Positions 1 to 11,559 are shown, numbered from the stretch's first letter. The stretch: 64,000 nt of DNA from Waterburya sp. (GCA_965217895.1 CBDCJV010000002.1:3808001-3872000), one strand, 5' to 3'. Notes: generated by a model not told the origin, from the sequence alone. Numbers and translations are program-made.

Positions 1-121
1 GTACTACCAATTTTTACGCCTTGCCCTTCCATCATTTTTCTTCCTCAACTCTCTAGTCTTTTATTTATTAAGTCACAAATTGAGCAAATAATGTATGCTG
101 TTTAGCTAAAACTACATATTC

Positions 122-1078
122 TTACTTTTCGTATCTTTCATAGGCAGCTACAATTTTCTGAACCAAAGGATGACGTACAACATCTGCTTGAGTTAGTTCG
201 CAAAAAGCAACTTCCTTAACATTACGCAAAATTCGACGAGAGACAATTAAACCAGAGTCCTGATTAGAAGGTAAATCTGTTTGGGTGATATCTCCTGTTA
301 CCACCATCTTTGAACCAAAGCCCAAACGAGTTAACACCATCTTTAGCTGTGCAGGGGTTGTGTTTTGCGCCTCGTCAACAATGACAAATGCGTTCGATAA
401 AGTACGTCCCCGCATATATGCTAGGGGAGCAACCTCTATTTTTCCTCTTTCTATTAAATCGGGAATCTTTTCTGCATCAATAAATTCATAGAGAGCGTCA
501 TATAAGGGACGTAAAAAAGGGTTGACTTTCTCTTGTAGATCCCCTGGCAAAAATCCTAGTTTTTCTCCTGCTTCTACTGCTGGACGAGTAAGGATAATTC
601 TTTGACACTCATCGCTAAGTAAAGCCTTTGCTGCCAATACCACAGCTAGAAAAGTTTTACCAGTTCCCGCTGGTCCAATCCCAAAAGTTATATCATGTTT
701 TTGAATCGCTTTAATGTATTGTTTTTGTTTAAAAGTTTTGGCTCTAATTATCTCGCCTCTTTTAGTTCGAGCGAGAACATTTTTTTGCAGTTCGCTGTAT
801 TCTTCAGTTCTACCAGTATCGATCGCCTGAAATGCAGTAATGATATCAGGCTCATGTAGTGGCTTGCCCAATGACCACAAAGGCTCTAAAGTTCTGATCG
901 CTATGGCACATCTGGCTACGGCTTTCTCTTGACCCTGAAGCAGTAAATCTTGTCCTCGCAAAACTATAGTAATTCCTGTATGACGAGATAAAAAGTTAAG
1001 ATTTTGCTCATTACTTCCTGCAAGAGCGATCGCGCTGTCGCTATTGGGTAATTGAATAGTTTGAGACGTTGCTGGCAT
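122..1078 (-). CDS. phoH: PhoH family ATPase
   Basis: GPAGTGKT Walker A, RPAVEAGEKLGFLPG, MRGRT and DEAQN motifs. Confidence 0.95.
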   Translation of the reverse strand: MPATSQTIQLPNSDSAIALAGSNEQNLNFLSRHTGITIVLRGQDLLLQGQEKAVARCAIAIRTLEPLWSLGKPLHEPDIITAFQAIDTGRTEEYSELQKNVLARTKRGEIIRAKTFKQKQYIKAIQKHDITFGIGPAGTGKTFLAVVLAAKALLSDECQRIILTRPAVEAGEKLGFLPGDLQEKVNPFLRPLYDALYEFIDAEKIPDLIERGKIEVAPLAYMRGRTLSNAFVIVDEAQNTTPAQLKMVLTRLGFGSKMVVTGDITQTDLPSNQDSGLIVSRRILRNVKEVAFCELTQADVVRHPLVQKIVAAYERYEK

Positions 1079-1483
1079 TTACTAAAGTATTAGACTTTAA
1101 TTTTTATTTTACAAGTTCTGATCTAAAAAAAGCATCATCCCTAAAGTAAGATGATGCTTAAAACTAAAAAAAAGATTAAACCTTTTTAATTCATATCAGA
1201 CGCTGGATATTGCTTTAATTTGCTGATTGAATTTAATGTCAAAATTTAGTGACAATATTTCTAGAGAGCTAATTTAGCCAAGCAATTATAGTAATATAAT
1301 TTAGTTCCAGGTCTAGCAAATCCAAGTTCTACATAGTCCTCAGATTGCTGTTAATGACTAATCATTATCTTTTAGACAGATAAACATGACAGCAAAAGCA
1401 ATTGAATTTGATCGCCAAAGAGCTACTCAAGACAATCTTTAAACTATCCGAATATCTTAGATCTTACTTACACAAAAACTATC

Positions 1484-3640
1484 ATGGCTGAATCAATTCG
1501 CATTTTGATGTGTGCTCCCGATCACTACGACGTAGACTACGTAATTAATCCCTGGATGGAAGGAAATATTCATAAATCCTCACAAGAGCGAGCCACAGAA
1601 CAGTGGTCTAAACTAAATTTTGTCCTCAATGATTTGGCAGAAGTAGATTTAGTTCAGGGACAACCAGGAGTTCCTGACATGGTGTTTACCGCCAATGCAG
1701 GTTTAGTATTGGGAGATAATGTGGTTCTCAGTCGCTTCTTTCATCCCGAACGTCAAGGAGAAGAACCTTATTTTAAAAAATGGTTTGAGGACAATGGTTT
1801 TAATGTTTTTGAGTTACCTAAAGACTTACCTTTTGAAGGTGCTGGAGATGCCCTATTAGACCGTGAAGGGCGTTGGTTATGGGCTGGCTATGGTTTTCGT
1901 TCAGAACTAGATTCTCATCCTTATATCGCTAAATGGTTAGACATTGAGGTATTGTCGCTGCGTCTAATTGACGATCGCTTTTATCATTTGGATACTTGTT
2001 TTTGTCCTCTCTCAGGAGGCTATTTACTTTACTACCCTGGGGCATTTGATTCCTATTCTAATCACCTGATTGAAGATCGTGTCCCAGTTGAAAAGCGAAT
2101 TGCGATCGCTGAAGCTGATGCGATTAATTTTGCCTGCAATACAGTTAACGTCGAAAATACGGTAGTGATGAACAAGGCTAGCGATAGTCTTAAACAAAGT
2201 TTGGGCGATGCGGGTTTTAGCGTCATTGAAACCCCTCTAACAGAGTTCCTCAAGGCTGGTGGTGCAGCAAAATGTTTAACCCTCAGAATTAATGAGCCTG
2301 TATTACCAAACGTCCATGGTAGTAGCCCTGTAGAGAGCAGAGTACTGCACATGGAAGGGCATCTTTTGGATGCAGGAATTATGAACCGTTCTCTCGATCT
2401 TGTAGTCGATAACGGCGGTAGTTTTAAAGTACTTAATTTCAATTTAGGTGTAGAAAGACAAAGCACCTCAAATGCGGATGTCCGCATTTCTGCCCCTGAC
2501 CATAAGATTATGGAAAAAATCATGAGTCAGCTAATTGAAGTTGGGGCAGTTGTTGCCGATCATGATGGCAAGAATGCAGTCACCGAAGCCTGTGACATGG
2601 CAGGAGTTGCTCCTGATGATTTTTATGTCTCTAACATCTATCCCACCGAGGTTAGAATTGAAGATCGCTGGATCAGAGTGCAAAAGCAACGCATGGACGG
2701 GGCAATTGTCATCGGCGATGCGACCCCGCGTCGCCGTCAGGCGCAAGGGAACGCGCATCAAGACAGCGATGATTCTGGAAGTGTAACTGCTCAGTGTAAG
2801 ATATTACGTGATTTAGAGCAAGGCGATCGCGTGGTTGTGGGCGTAGAAGGTATTCGTACCGTCCGTAAAAAGTCTAATCGAGAACTAAAAGCCAAAGAAG
2901 AATTTAGCTTTATGGGTGCAGGGGTATCCAGTGAAAGAAGAGTAGAACTAGTAGTCGAACAAATTGCTTGGGAACTACGGCAGATTCGCGATCGCGGTGG
3001 CAAAGTTGTTGTTACCGCAGGCCCTGTGGTGATCCATACAGGAGGAGCAAAACATCTTTCTAGCTTGGTACGAGATGGTTATGTTCAAGGCTTGTTAGGG
3101 GGAAATGCGATCGCCGTTCATGACATCGAACAGTCGCTGATGGGAACTTCTTTGGGGGTAGATATGCAAAAAGGTACTCCCGTCCACGGCGGACATCGCC
3201 ACCATCTCAAAGTAATTAACTCAGTACGCCGTTACGGTAGCATCGCCAAAGCAGTAGAAGAAGGGGTGATTACCAAAGGCATTATGTATGAATGCGTTAA
3301 ACATAATATACCCTTTGCCCTAGCTGGTTCAATTCGCGATGATGGTCCTTTACCCGATACCCAAATGGATTTAATTAAGGCACAAGAAGAATATGCCAAG
3401 CTCTTAGAAGGTACAGATATGATCTTGATGCTTTCTACTATGCTGCATTCTATCGGCGTGGGCAATATGACACCTGCGGGAGTGAAAATGGTTTGTGTGG
3501 ATATTAATCCTGCTGTAGTTACCAAATTAAGCGATCGCGGTTCAGTAGAATCGGTTGGTGTAGTAACAGATGTCGGTCTATTCCTCAGTTTATTGGTAAA
3601 TCAATTAAACAAGTTAACTAGCCCTTATCAAACTGTTTAA
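1484..3640 (+). CDS. argZ: Bifunctional arginine dihydrolase/ornithine cyclodeaminase (ArgZ/AgrE) carrying an in-frame repeat insertion
   Basis: N-terminal amidinotransferase-fold domain (INPWM, FEGAGD, YHLDTCF, GGAAKCL) fused to a LOR/SDH-type C-terminus (GNAIAVHDIE, GSIRDDGPLP). Confidence 0.9.
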   Translation: MAESIRILMCAPDHYDVDYVINPWMEGNIHKSSQERATEQWSKLNFVLNDLAEVDLVQGQPGVPDMVFTANAGLVLGDNVVLSRFFHPERQGEEPYFKKWFEDNGFNVFELPKDLPFEGAGDALLDREGRWLWAGYGFRSELDSHPYIAKWLDIEVLSLRLIDDRFYHLDTCFCPLSGGYLLYYPGAFDSYSNHLIEDRVPVEKRIAIAEADAINFACNTVNVENTVVMNKASDSLKQSLGDAGFSVIETPLTEFLKAGGAAKCLTLRINEPVLPNVHGSSPVESRVLHMEGHLLDAGIMNRSLDLVVDNGGSFKVLNFNLGVERQSTSNADVRISAPDHKIMEKIMSQLIEVGAVVADHDGKNAVTEACDMAGVAPDDFYVSNIYPTEVRIEDRWIRVQKQRMDGAIVIGDATPRRRQAQGNAHQDSDDSGSVTAQCKILRDLEQGDRVVVGVEGIRTVRKKSNRELKAKEEFSFMGAGVSSERRVELVVEQIAWELRQIRDRGGKVVVTAGPVVIHTGGAKHLSSLVRDGYVQGLLGGNAIAVHDIEQSLMGTSLGVDMQKGTPVHGGHRHHLKVINSVRRYGSIAKAVEEGVITKGIMYECVKHNIPFALAGSIRDDGPLPDTQMDLIKAQEEYAKLLEGTDMILMLSTMLHSIGVGNMTPAGVKMVCVDINPAVVTKLSDRGSVESVGVVTDVGLFLSLLVNQLNKLTSPYQTV
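2715..2765 (+). repeat. 51-nt structured short repeat (family A) inserted in frame in argZ
   Basis: GCGATGCGACCCCGCGTCGCCGTCAGGCGCAAGGGAACGCGCATCAAGACA; near-identical core at 11560-11668 and, reverse-complemented, at 46722-46764. Confidence 0.85.
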
Positions 3641-3766
3641 AATCGCTTTGCGGTTAGCTATAAGCTGTAAGCCTTAAGCTATAAGCTTGGGGCTAGAGAA
3701 AACAAACTATGCGCTTTTTGGCTTATAGCTACCTCCACCGACTAATATTCTCAGCCCGACTTGAGA

Positions 3767-4585
3767 TTATTTAGAACGGTTTAAAACACACTCTACCAAG
3801 GGTTTGAACGTGGGGACTAGTTCCCTACGGGATAGCCCTAAACTAGGGATAGAAACTTTGCCATAGTTCTGACCAGCCTGAAGCGGAAAGATGGAACTAT
3901 CTCCCAAAAATACAAAATCTCCCCCAGCAGCTTTGATAATTGTCCACACCGCAGCAATATCCCAAATTTTCGGGGTGGCTTCTACTCCGCCAATTGCCAC
4001 CCCCGAAGCAACTAAAAGCAAGTTATAGCTTGCCACACCGAGCATTCTAATTTTGCAGGGAAAAGGATTTTTAAAAATAGCTTTACTACGAGCGCAAAGA
4101 TTAAATAGCTGGCTGCCACTAGGGTCATCAGTGCGAGTATATATCGGCTGATTATTTAAGTATGCACCTGTATAACCAGTTAATCCTGAATCACCATACC
4201 AATAGCCATGAAACGTTTGTTTTAGAGGTGGTACATAAACAAAGCCAAATACAGGGTTTCCTCGATAAAATAGTCCCAAAGAAATTGCCCAAATAGGCAA
4301 ACCGCGAGTAAAGTTAGTTGTGCCGTCAATTGGGTCAACTATCCAGCACCAGTCGTTTTCAGGGAATATGTGCATGGTTTCTTCAGTCAAAACTCCATGT
4401 TCGGGAAAGGTTTCGGCGATCGCATCTCTAATTTGCTGATCTGACCACTGATCGGCTTGGGTAACTAGACTACCATCTTCCTTTTGACTTGCCTGGATTT
4501 TACCAAAATCTTTCATCAGGCGATCGCCAATTGTGGCAGTAGTTTGAACACAAAAGTCAAGAACTCGATCCCAAAATTCATTCAT
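3767..4585 (-). CDS. Inositol monophosphatase family protein
   Basis: WIVDPIDGTTNF and WDIAA motifs. Confidence 0.9.
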   Translation of the reverse strand: MNEFWDRVLDFCVQTTATIGDRLMKDFGKIQASQKEDGSLVTQADQWSDQQIRDAIAETFPEHGVLTEETMHIFPENDWCWIVDPIDGTTNFTRGLPIWAISLGLFYRGNPVFGFVYVPPLKQTFHGYWYGDSGLTGYTGAYLNNQPIYTRTDDPSGSQLFNLCARSKAIFKNPFPCKIRMLGVASYNLLLVASGVAIGGVEATPKIWDIAAVWTIIKAAGGDFVFLGDSSIFPLQAGQNYGKVSIPSLGLSRRELVPTFKPLVECVLNRSK

Positions 4586-4654
4586 TAGCTATTGTTGATG
4601 ATTAACTTATTAATTGTCTATTGTTTATTGTTTTAAGGCAATTGAGTAATTGAT

Positions 4655-5274
4655 ATTGAACGAGTTACAGGAGTTCACGGTAATCAAATGGGTTAAGCAA
4701 GCATCTTCTCACAGACGAGAAGAGAACTACCTCATCCCAGAAACCTTTCAGGTTGATGAATTACAAACGTTTGTTGGCTCAAAAAGCGGCGAGATCCCCT
4801 AAAGGGAATGCTCGCCAAGACAAAACAAGATTTGGGTTTGGATAGCAGTAAATTCACATCAATCGAGAGTCTTAAAATGGGTAGTTGGCGATCGCGAAGC
4901 TAGAGCGGGCGGAAACGGCGAACTTGTTTCGCCATGTTCCACGACCGCTAGAAGGCATCGCCCTCAAGAGACTTTTGGTAATTTGTGGTGGGTTGTCCGA
5001 GGTTGGTGTTGCCTTCTCTAGATTACGGATGGCTATGCCGTGTATTCTTGTTTGATCGATGATGGCGATCATTTGGTTAGCAAAACAGCAATGACCAAAG
5101 TTGAGGGAGAAAATTCACGTTTACGTCATTACTAAGCTTGCCTACACCGTCAAACATTTTGTTATTCAAATATCGATTGAGATGCTCGAAGCTTCGATTT
5201 GACTTCTAACCTATTATCTTAAACATTGGACTATACCTATTTTTTAATCGATCATCTATTCATTGTGCAACGCC
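4655..5274 (+). mobile_element. Degraded IS1-family element (transposase pseudogene), 5' truncated
   Basis: Fragments translate to ERVTGVH, VIKWVKQ, VDELQTFVGSKK, KIWVWIAV and TKVEGENSRLRH with stops and frameshifts; ends in TGCAACGCC (probable right IR). Confidence 0.8.
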
Positions 5275-5325
5275 TGGATGAACCAGCCCGACATGGACTG
5301 GTTCATCCAATACAACAATCGCAGG

Positions 5326-7617
5326 TTAATCGCGAACGTCAAAGCGATCAAGCATCATCACCTTATTCCAGGCCGCGACGAAGTCCTTGACCATACGCTC
5401 GTGACCGTCATCAGCACCGTAAACTTCAGCAACCTGACGAAGCTCCGCGTTCGAGCCGAAAATAAGATCGCAGCGTGTTGCGGTGAACTTTGTTTCGCCC
5501 GTTTTGCGATCGCAGATGTCAAAGAGCATCTCGCGATTATCGACTGGCTTCCACTCGTAATCCATACTGGTCAGGACGCGGAAAAAGTCGTTGGTCAAGA
5601 CGCCAGGTCTGTCAGTAAAAATACCATGCTTTGAACGATCCCAATTTTGATCGAGGGCGCGAAGTCCGCCGACAAGAACCGTCCACTCGGGCGCACTCAG
5701 CGTCAGAAGCTGCGCGCGATCGAGGAAGATACGCTCTGCCTTCACCTTATAGCCAACCGCCTCATTGTGATAATTTCTAAAACCGTCCGAGACTGGCTTT
5801 AGCCATTCAAAGCTTTCAACATCTGTTAGCTCCTGAGTCGTATCCATCCGACCTGGAGTGAAGGGGACGGCAACGGAAAGCCCAGCGTCTTGCGCGGCCT
5901 TCTCGATTGCAGCACAACCGCCGAGGACAATCAGATCCGCCATTGAGATTTTGTTGGCTGGTCGAGCGCTGTTAAAGTCCGCCTGAATTTGCTCAAGGGT
6001 CGATAGAACTTCACCAAGCTCCTGCGGGCGGTTCATCTCCCAGTCTTTCTGAGGATCTAAGCGAAGGCGCGCGCCATTTGCGCCGCCGCGCTTGTCGGAG
6101 TCGCGGTAATTAGATGCCGATGCCCAGGCGGCTGACACGAGTGCCGAAACGGAAGGCCCACTTGCCAAAATCTTGTCCTTAAGAAACTTGATATCGGCAT
6201 CGTCAACAACATCATGATCGAGTGCGGGAATCGGATCCTGCCAGAGTAAATCTTCTTCTGCAACTTCTGGACCAAGGTAGCGCGTTTTTGGTCCCATGTC
6301 TCGATGGGTTAGCTTGTACCAAGCGCGAGAGAAGGCATCTCCAAAGTAATCAAAGTCATTTAAAAAACGCTGACAGACCTCGTTATAGGCAGAATCAACC
6401 TTTAACGCAATGTCCGAAGTCATCATCATTAAGGCGTGTTCAACGTCTGGTTTGTGAGCGTCTGGTGTCTTCGGCGCATCAGGATTGCTCGGTGTCCACT
6501 GAATTGCACCTGATGGGCTTTTTGTCTGTTTCCAGTCGTACTTAAATAGGTTTATCAGATAATTATTGTCCCACTGGATTGGATTTGGCGTCCACGATCC
6601 TTCAATCCCGTTCGTCATCGTATATTCGGCAAATCCAGTGCCTTCAGGGTTCTGCCACCCTAGACCCATCGCCTGAATCGGCGCACCTTCGGGTGCTGGG
6701 CCGATCTTGTCCGACGAGACCATGCCGTGACTTTTGCCAAAGGCATGACCGCCTGCGATTAACGCCACCGTTTCCTCGTCATTCATAGCCATCCGCGCAA
6801 ACGTCTCGCGAATATCTCGCGCCGAACCATGAGGATCACCTTCGCCGTTTGGTCCTTCTGGATTGACATAAATGAGCGCCTGGTGAGAGGCCGCTAGCGG
6901 ATTTTCGAGGTCGTAGTATTCTTCGTCTGGCTTACCAACCCACCGAATCTCGCGAGTGACCATCTCATCGGGATGACCAGACAGTTCATTAGGGTCTTTC
7001 TTAACCTCATTAATCGGCTCGCCGTTCCAGAACTCGGATCCCCAGTAGGTAGCGCGATCCGCCTCCCAAGCATCAATGCGACCGCCGCCAAAGCCGAAGG
7101 TCTTCAAACCCATGATTTCGAGTGCGCAGTTGCCGGTTAGAACCATTAAATCAGCCCAGCTCAATGCCGCGCCGTATTTCTGCTTAATTGGCCAGAGCAG
7201 CCGTCGTGATTTGTCGGTGTTCCCGTTATCCCACCAGGAATTGATGGGTGCGAAGCGTTGCATACCCTTACCTGCTCCGCCACGACCGTCTGCGATTCGG
7301 TAGGTGCCGGCGGCGTGCCACGCCATGCGAACCATCTGCGGTCCATAGTTACCATAGTCTGCTGGCCACCAGTCCTTAGAATCAGTTAGCAGCACCTTAA
7401 TGTCGCTCTTTAGCTGTTTGAAGTCAATCTTCTTGAAGGCTTCCCTGGCATCGAAATTCTGCAGCGGATTTGCCTGGGGCGAATTTTGGTGCAGCAGCTC
7501 GACCTGAAGTCGGTTTGGCCACCAATCATCGGTTTGCGGCTTAGAGCCGAGCGCACCGCCAATGCGGGTTCCACGGAAAGGGCATTGTGCTGGAGCGGTA
7601 GGAGGGTTGTTATTCAT
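5326..7617 (-). CDS. katG: Catalase-peroxidase
   Basis: [17 protein letters not shown] and AGGHAFGK motifs; duplicated peroxidase domains; 763 aa. Confidence 0.95.
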   Translation of the reverse strand: MNNNPPTAPAQCPFRGTRIGGALGSKPQTDDWWPNRLQVELLHQNSPQANPLQNFDAREAFKKIDFKQLKSDIKVLLTDSKDWWPADYGNYGPQMVRMAWHAAGTYRIADGRGGAGKGMQRFAPINSWWDNGNTDKSRRLLWPIKQKYGAALSWADLMVLTGNCALEIMGLKTFGFGGGRIDAWEADRATYWGSEFWNGEPINEVKKDPNELSGHPDEMVTREIRWVGKPDEEYYDLENPLAASHQALIYVNPEGPNGEGDPHGSARDIRETFARMAMNDEETVALIAGGHAFGKSHGMVSSDKIGPAPEGAPIQAMGLGWQNPEGTGFAEYTMTNGIEGSWTPNPIQWDNNYLINLFKYDWKQTKSPSGAIQWTPSNPDAPKTPDAHKPDVEHALMMMTSDIALKVDSAYNEVCQRFLNDFDYFGDAFSRAWYKLTHRDMGPKTRYLGPEVAEEDLLWQDPIPALDHDVVDDADIKFLKDKILASGPSVSALVSAAWASASNYRDSDKRGGANGARLRLDPQKDWEMNRPQELGEVLSTLEQIQADFNSARPANKISMADLIVLGGCAAIEKAAQDAGLSVAVPFTPGRMDTTQELTDVESFEWLKPVSDGFRNYHNEAVGYKVKAERIFLDRAQLLTLSAPEWTVLVGGLRALDQNWDRSKHGIFTDRPGVLTNDFFRVLTSMDYEWKPVDNREMLFDICDRKTGETKFTATRCDLIFGSNAELRQVAEVYGADDGHERMVKDFVAAWNKVMMLDRFDVRD

Positions 7618-8208
7618 TAATCCAATTCTTTTAGATAGTTTTCGTTAGTCAAACTGCGTTGAACATCGTCGCAAACGGCGGTTTGAACGGCGAGTGACTT
7701 CATAACTAGAGTCTTAGCGATCGCTAGATCTGCTGCTCCTTTCTAAGGGAGCATTTTTAGAGCATATCTATCATCTGCGGTTCGTCGTGAGAACGACTCT
7801 TGGGAGTAATTTAAACTGGAAGCAACTTAATCCCACAGTACATTATAGTTGTTGTAGGGGTGGTCTAATTAGAGATCGCACTTTAAAGCGATCGCCTAGG
7901 CTAAAGCTTGTGTCACATCAGTTATCATTATAAAAGATGTCTTCGACTTGGTGTAAAAGTGACCGTTTTCAGGTAACAGTAGCATGACAGATGAGGGTCT
8001 AATTCATCTTAGGGTAACACTTTTGATGTAATTAGACGTTCAGTGATTCTCTGAAGGAGAGCAGATGCCAACGCATAGGCTAAAGCTAGTCGTAAGCCTC
8101 CTTGAGTAATCGCTCCCTTGCGATGTAATTTGTATTTTGACAGTTTGCTCAGAAGAACAATTGGGACAGATTGGCATTAGCAAAACTTTAATAATACAAG
8201 ATTTCATT

Positions 8209-10173
8209 TTAAATCATTACATCTTCAGGCACTACCAATTTCTTGTATCTAGCTAGTGCCTGAAGAGGAAAGTATTGTTGATAGAGATGATATTTCAAAT
8301 AAAAGTGGCAGGGAAAACCAGTACCTGTAAACTGCTCCTCATCCCAAGTGCCATCTGAGCCTTGTGTTTGCAGCAGATATGCTATCCCTTGAGCAATGGC
8401 TGGCTGTGCTGTAAACTGGGTTGCTTCTGCTGCTGCTATTAAACCAATTAATGCCCAGGCTGTTTGCGAAGCGGTACTAATTCCTGTGCCTTTCAAACTT
8501 GGATCATCATAGCTTGCACAGGTTTCACCCCATCCACCGTCGGCATTTTGACAGCTAGCTAACCAGGCTGCGCCTTTTTGAATCTGAAACTTACAGCGTG
8601 TGGATGCAATAAGACTCAGGGCAGATAAGACCCCGCTTGTACCGTAGATATAGTTAACTCCCCAACGTCCAAACCAGCTACCGTCGGCTTCTTGTTCTTG
8701 AATTAAATATGAGATCGCCTTTTGAACTCTTCCCTCATTCATTGATAGACTGCATTCTCCCAGCATTTCTAATACCCTAGCCGTAACGTCAGCAGTATTA
8801 GGATCGATCATGGCTTTTAAGTCGCCATAGGGAATCAGATTAATCCAATCTTGGTCGTTATCGAGATCGAAAGCTGCCCAGCCTCCAGGCTGACACTGCA
8901 TAGTTGCCATCCAGTTAAGACAACGGGCGATCGCTTTTTGTTTTTGTGCTTCATTAGTAAGCTTGACTTGAGATAAGCCCATGACCACCACAGCCGAGTC
9001 GTCTAGATCGGGATAAAAGCGATTATCAAATTCAAAAGCCCAGCCACCAGGAGTTATATCTTTATTTTTTACTGCCCAGTCGCCATAATCTAAAATTTGC
9101 TTGTCTAGTAACCATTCTCCTGCCTTGACTAAAGCTGGATGGTCGGGGGCAACTCCTGACTCTACCAAAGCTCGTAAACACCAGGCAGTGTCCCACACAG
9201 GAGAAATACAGGGCTGAAGACGATAACTGTTTTCCGTTTCTATGGCAAAATTATCAACGGCGGTCAAACCTCGCTGAATAACTGGGTCGTTGACATCATA
9301 ATTTAGAGTGCGTAAAGCTAAAAGAGAGTTAAGCATGGCGGGAATAATTCCGCCCCAGTCGCCAGTCGCCTCTTGTCTGGCTAAGATCCATTTTTCCGCA
9401 GCAGCAATTCCTTCTTCGCGCCAAGGTACTAAATTTAAATTCTCAGCCAGTTTAAAAGCATTATCTAAAGTTAAGAATATATCCGTCCAGTCGTTGCTGC
9501 GGGGTAATTCGTAACGCACATTAGCAATTCCCTCAGCGTATAGTTCATCTAAGTTAAGCGAATTATCCAGATTAAATATAGGCTGGCGATCAAAAACAAT
9601 TAACAAAGGTACGGTGCTACCCCTTGCCCAGCTAGACATTTCGTAGATTGTAAAAGGAGAATGCTCTGGCAGAAGCATAATCCAAGGAGGAATTGAAGGT
9701 AAACCTTGCCAGTCATAGCAACCAATCAAAGCTAGATGCAGCTTGGTAAAGATACGAGTTTGGCTAATGCCACCCTGCTGTAGAATAAATCCCTTGGCTT
9801 TGACTAAAGTGGGATCGGCTGCCGATACGCCCAATAAACGCAGTGCCATATATGCTTCTACCGAAGTAGAAAGATCGCCCCCATCGCCATAGTATAGTTC
9901 CCAACCACCATGTTTGCGCTGTTGCGATCGCAGGTAGGTCTCGGCTTTAGCTAGAGGTCTAGTTCGATCTGTCTGCCAAATCTTGTGCAGCAAGACGACT
10001 TCAGAGGTAATACTAACGTTAGACTCCAATTCTCCCCACCAATAACCCTCTGAATACTGAAGAGCAAGTAAATGCTCTTGACTACGAGCGATCGCCTGTT
10101 CTAACTTTGGCTTTGTTACCTGATTTTCTGCTGAGCCTACCATTTTACAACACCCTAAAACATTCTCCATCAT
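8209..10173 (-). CDS. shc: Squalene-hopene cyclase
   Basis: DLDD catalytic motif (YPDLDDSA), QW repeats, GTGFP C-terminal motif. Confidence 0.95.
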   Translation of the reverse strand: MMENVLGCCKMVGSAENQVTKPKLEQAIARSQEHLLALQYSEGYWWGELESNVSITSEVVLLHKIWQTDRTRPLAKAETYLRSQQRKHGGWELYYGDGGDLSTSVEAYMALRLLGVSAADPTLVKAKGFILQQGGISQTRIFTKLHLALIGCYDWQGLPSIPPWIMLLPEHSPFTIYEMSSWARGSTVPLLIVFDRQPIFNLDNSLNLDELYAEGIANVRYELPRSNDWTDIFLTLDNAFKLAENLNLVPWREEGIAAAEKWILARQEATGDWGGIIPAMLNSLLALRTLNYDVNDPVIQRGLTAVDNFAIETENSYRLQPCISPVWDTAWCLRALVESGVAPDHPALVKAGEWLLDKQILDYGDWAVKNKDITPGGWAFEFDNRFYPDLDDSAVVVMGLSQVKLTNEAQKQKAIARCLNWMATMQCQPGGWAAFDLDNDQDWINLIPYGDLKAMIDPNTADVTARVLEMLGECSLSMNEGRVQKAISYLIQEQEADGSWFGRWGVNYIYGTSGVLSALSLIASTRCKFQIQKGAAWLASCQNADGGWGETCASYDDPSLKGTGISTASQTAWALIGLIAAAEATQFTAQPAIAQGIAYLLQTQGSDGTWDEEQFTGTGFPCHFYLKYHLYQQYFPLQALARYKKLVVPEDVMI

Positions 10174-10354
10174 AGGATGAATAGACTATAGTTTTGAGCG
10201 TCTGGCGATCGCTAATAAAAGAAAAATTGATTTTTTGCTAAGCTGCATAATTTAAGTATCAGTATCAAACTGTACTAAAATTTTCAAACTGGAGTTGTAT
10301 TATGTTATTTAACACGATTTAATTTCGTTCTTTGGATGCGCCAAAGTCAGACTT

Positions 10355-11452
10355 ATGAACGCTTTTAATTTAACTGCTATAGGAGTTCCTCAAGTCAAGT
10401 CAGCTACACCAAACTATCCTCAGCTAGATAGTTTTTTAAATATCTTGCGCCTGTTAATTCGCGAACCTTCAGTTACTGGCTGCGAAGATTCTTTTTTCCG
10501 CGTACTTAGTCGAGAATTAGAAGAAATTGGGGTCAAAGTAGAATATTATCACGGTATTTTAGTGGCACAAGGTAACAAGCCTCACGATTTGATTCTCTCG
10601 GCACACATCGATCGCCACGGTTTATTATGTACTGGAGCTAATGAGTTTCAATATGCTGCTTTTATCGCCAGCAACCGCAGCGATTTAACAGGTGATTCTG
10701 TTTCCGAACAGATGATGCACACCATTGAAAACCGCTTTCAAGGACAGCAGGTACAGGCGCATTTACCCTATACAGGAACGTATTTAGGTCAGGGAACTAT
10801 CACCAATTCCTATATTTGCCCCGCTAGAAACAACCTTATTTTTGAGCTGGACGGCTTAGATTTTGTGCAGCCAGGTACGCCAGTATCTTTTCTTGATCGC
10901 CTTAAAATAGCCAATGGCTGTATTTCTGCTCAAATAGACAATGTAGTCAGTGCAGCTATGATTATCTACCTGTTTAGACAGGGTTTTCAAGGCACAGCAA
11001 TGTTTACGGCACAAGAAGAAGCAGGAAAAAGCTGGCGTTATGCTCTTTCTTGGTTTCAACGCCAACGGCTAACTACCCAGCGTTTAATAATTTTAGACAC
11101 CAGCCCCTATCCAACTCGCGAAGCAGCAGAGGCACAGCAGGTTACACTGCGTCATCAAGATGCCAGCGGTTTCTTTGCTACGGAAATAACTGCCGAATTA
11201 GCGCAAAGGTGCGAAGAAATGGGAATCTCTTATACTTACAAAGATGCTTACATTCAAGCTCAAAATAAAATAAATAATACATTCTATTCATTAGGTAGAA
11301 CTGAGTTAGGACGACTAGCCACCGCAACAGAAGGAAAGATCAACGGCACTACTCTGCAAATTCCTTCCACTGAATACCATACTCCCAACGAAACTGCTGC
11401 CCTGTCTTCTGTAGATGCGGTAATTAAGCTGTTGATGTCTTATATAGTCTAA
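10355..11452 (+). CDS. M42/M20-like metallopeptidase
   Basis: SAHIDRHG, DN, QEE and C-terminal YHTPNE metal-ligand motifs. Confidence 0.75.
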   Translation: MNAFNLTAIGVPQVKSATPNYPQLDSFLNILRLLIREPSVTGCEDSFFRVLSRELEEIGVKVEYYHGILVAQGNKPHDLILSAHIDRHGLLCTGANEFQYAAFIASNRSDLTGDSVSEQMMHTIENRFQGQQVQAHLPYTGTYLGQGTITNSYICPARNNLIFELDGLDFVQPGTPVSFLDRLKIANGCISAQIDNVVSAAMIIYLFRQGFQGTAMFTAQEEAGKSWRYALSWFQRQRLTTQRLIILDTSPYPTREAAEAQQVTLRHQDASGFFATEITAELAQRCEEMGISYTYKDAYIQAQNKINNTFYSLGRTELGRLATATEGKINGTTLQIPSTEYHTPNETAALSSVDAVIKLLMSYIV

Positions 11453-11559
11453 GGAGATATAAGTTTAAGTTTTATTCAAGACAAAGCAGCAGTTTAAGTA
11501 GGTAGGTGAAATTAATTAGAAGATAGTCTTGGTAGAAAGTAAAAAGTAGGAAGTAAAAA

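Noticed and set aside
1130..1160. Hairpin AAGCATCATC...GATGATGCTT upstream of phoH
   Set aside because: Lies between divergent genes with no transcript evidently ending there; function cannot be assigned.
5263..7355. Several overlapping ORFs within katG
   Set aside because: Shadow frames expected from high GC content.
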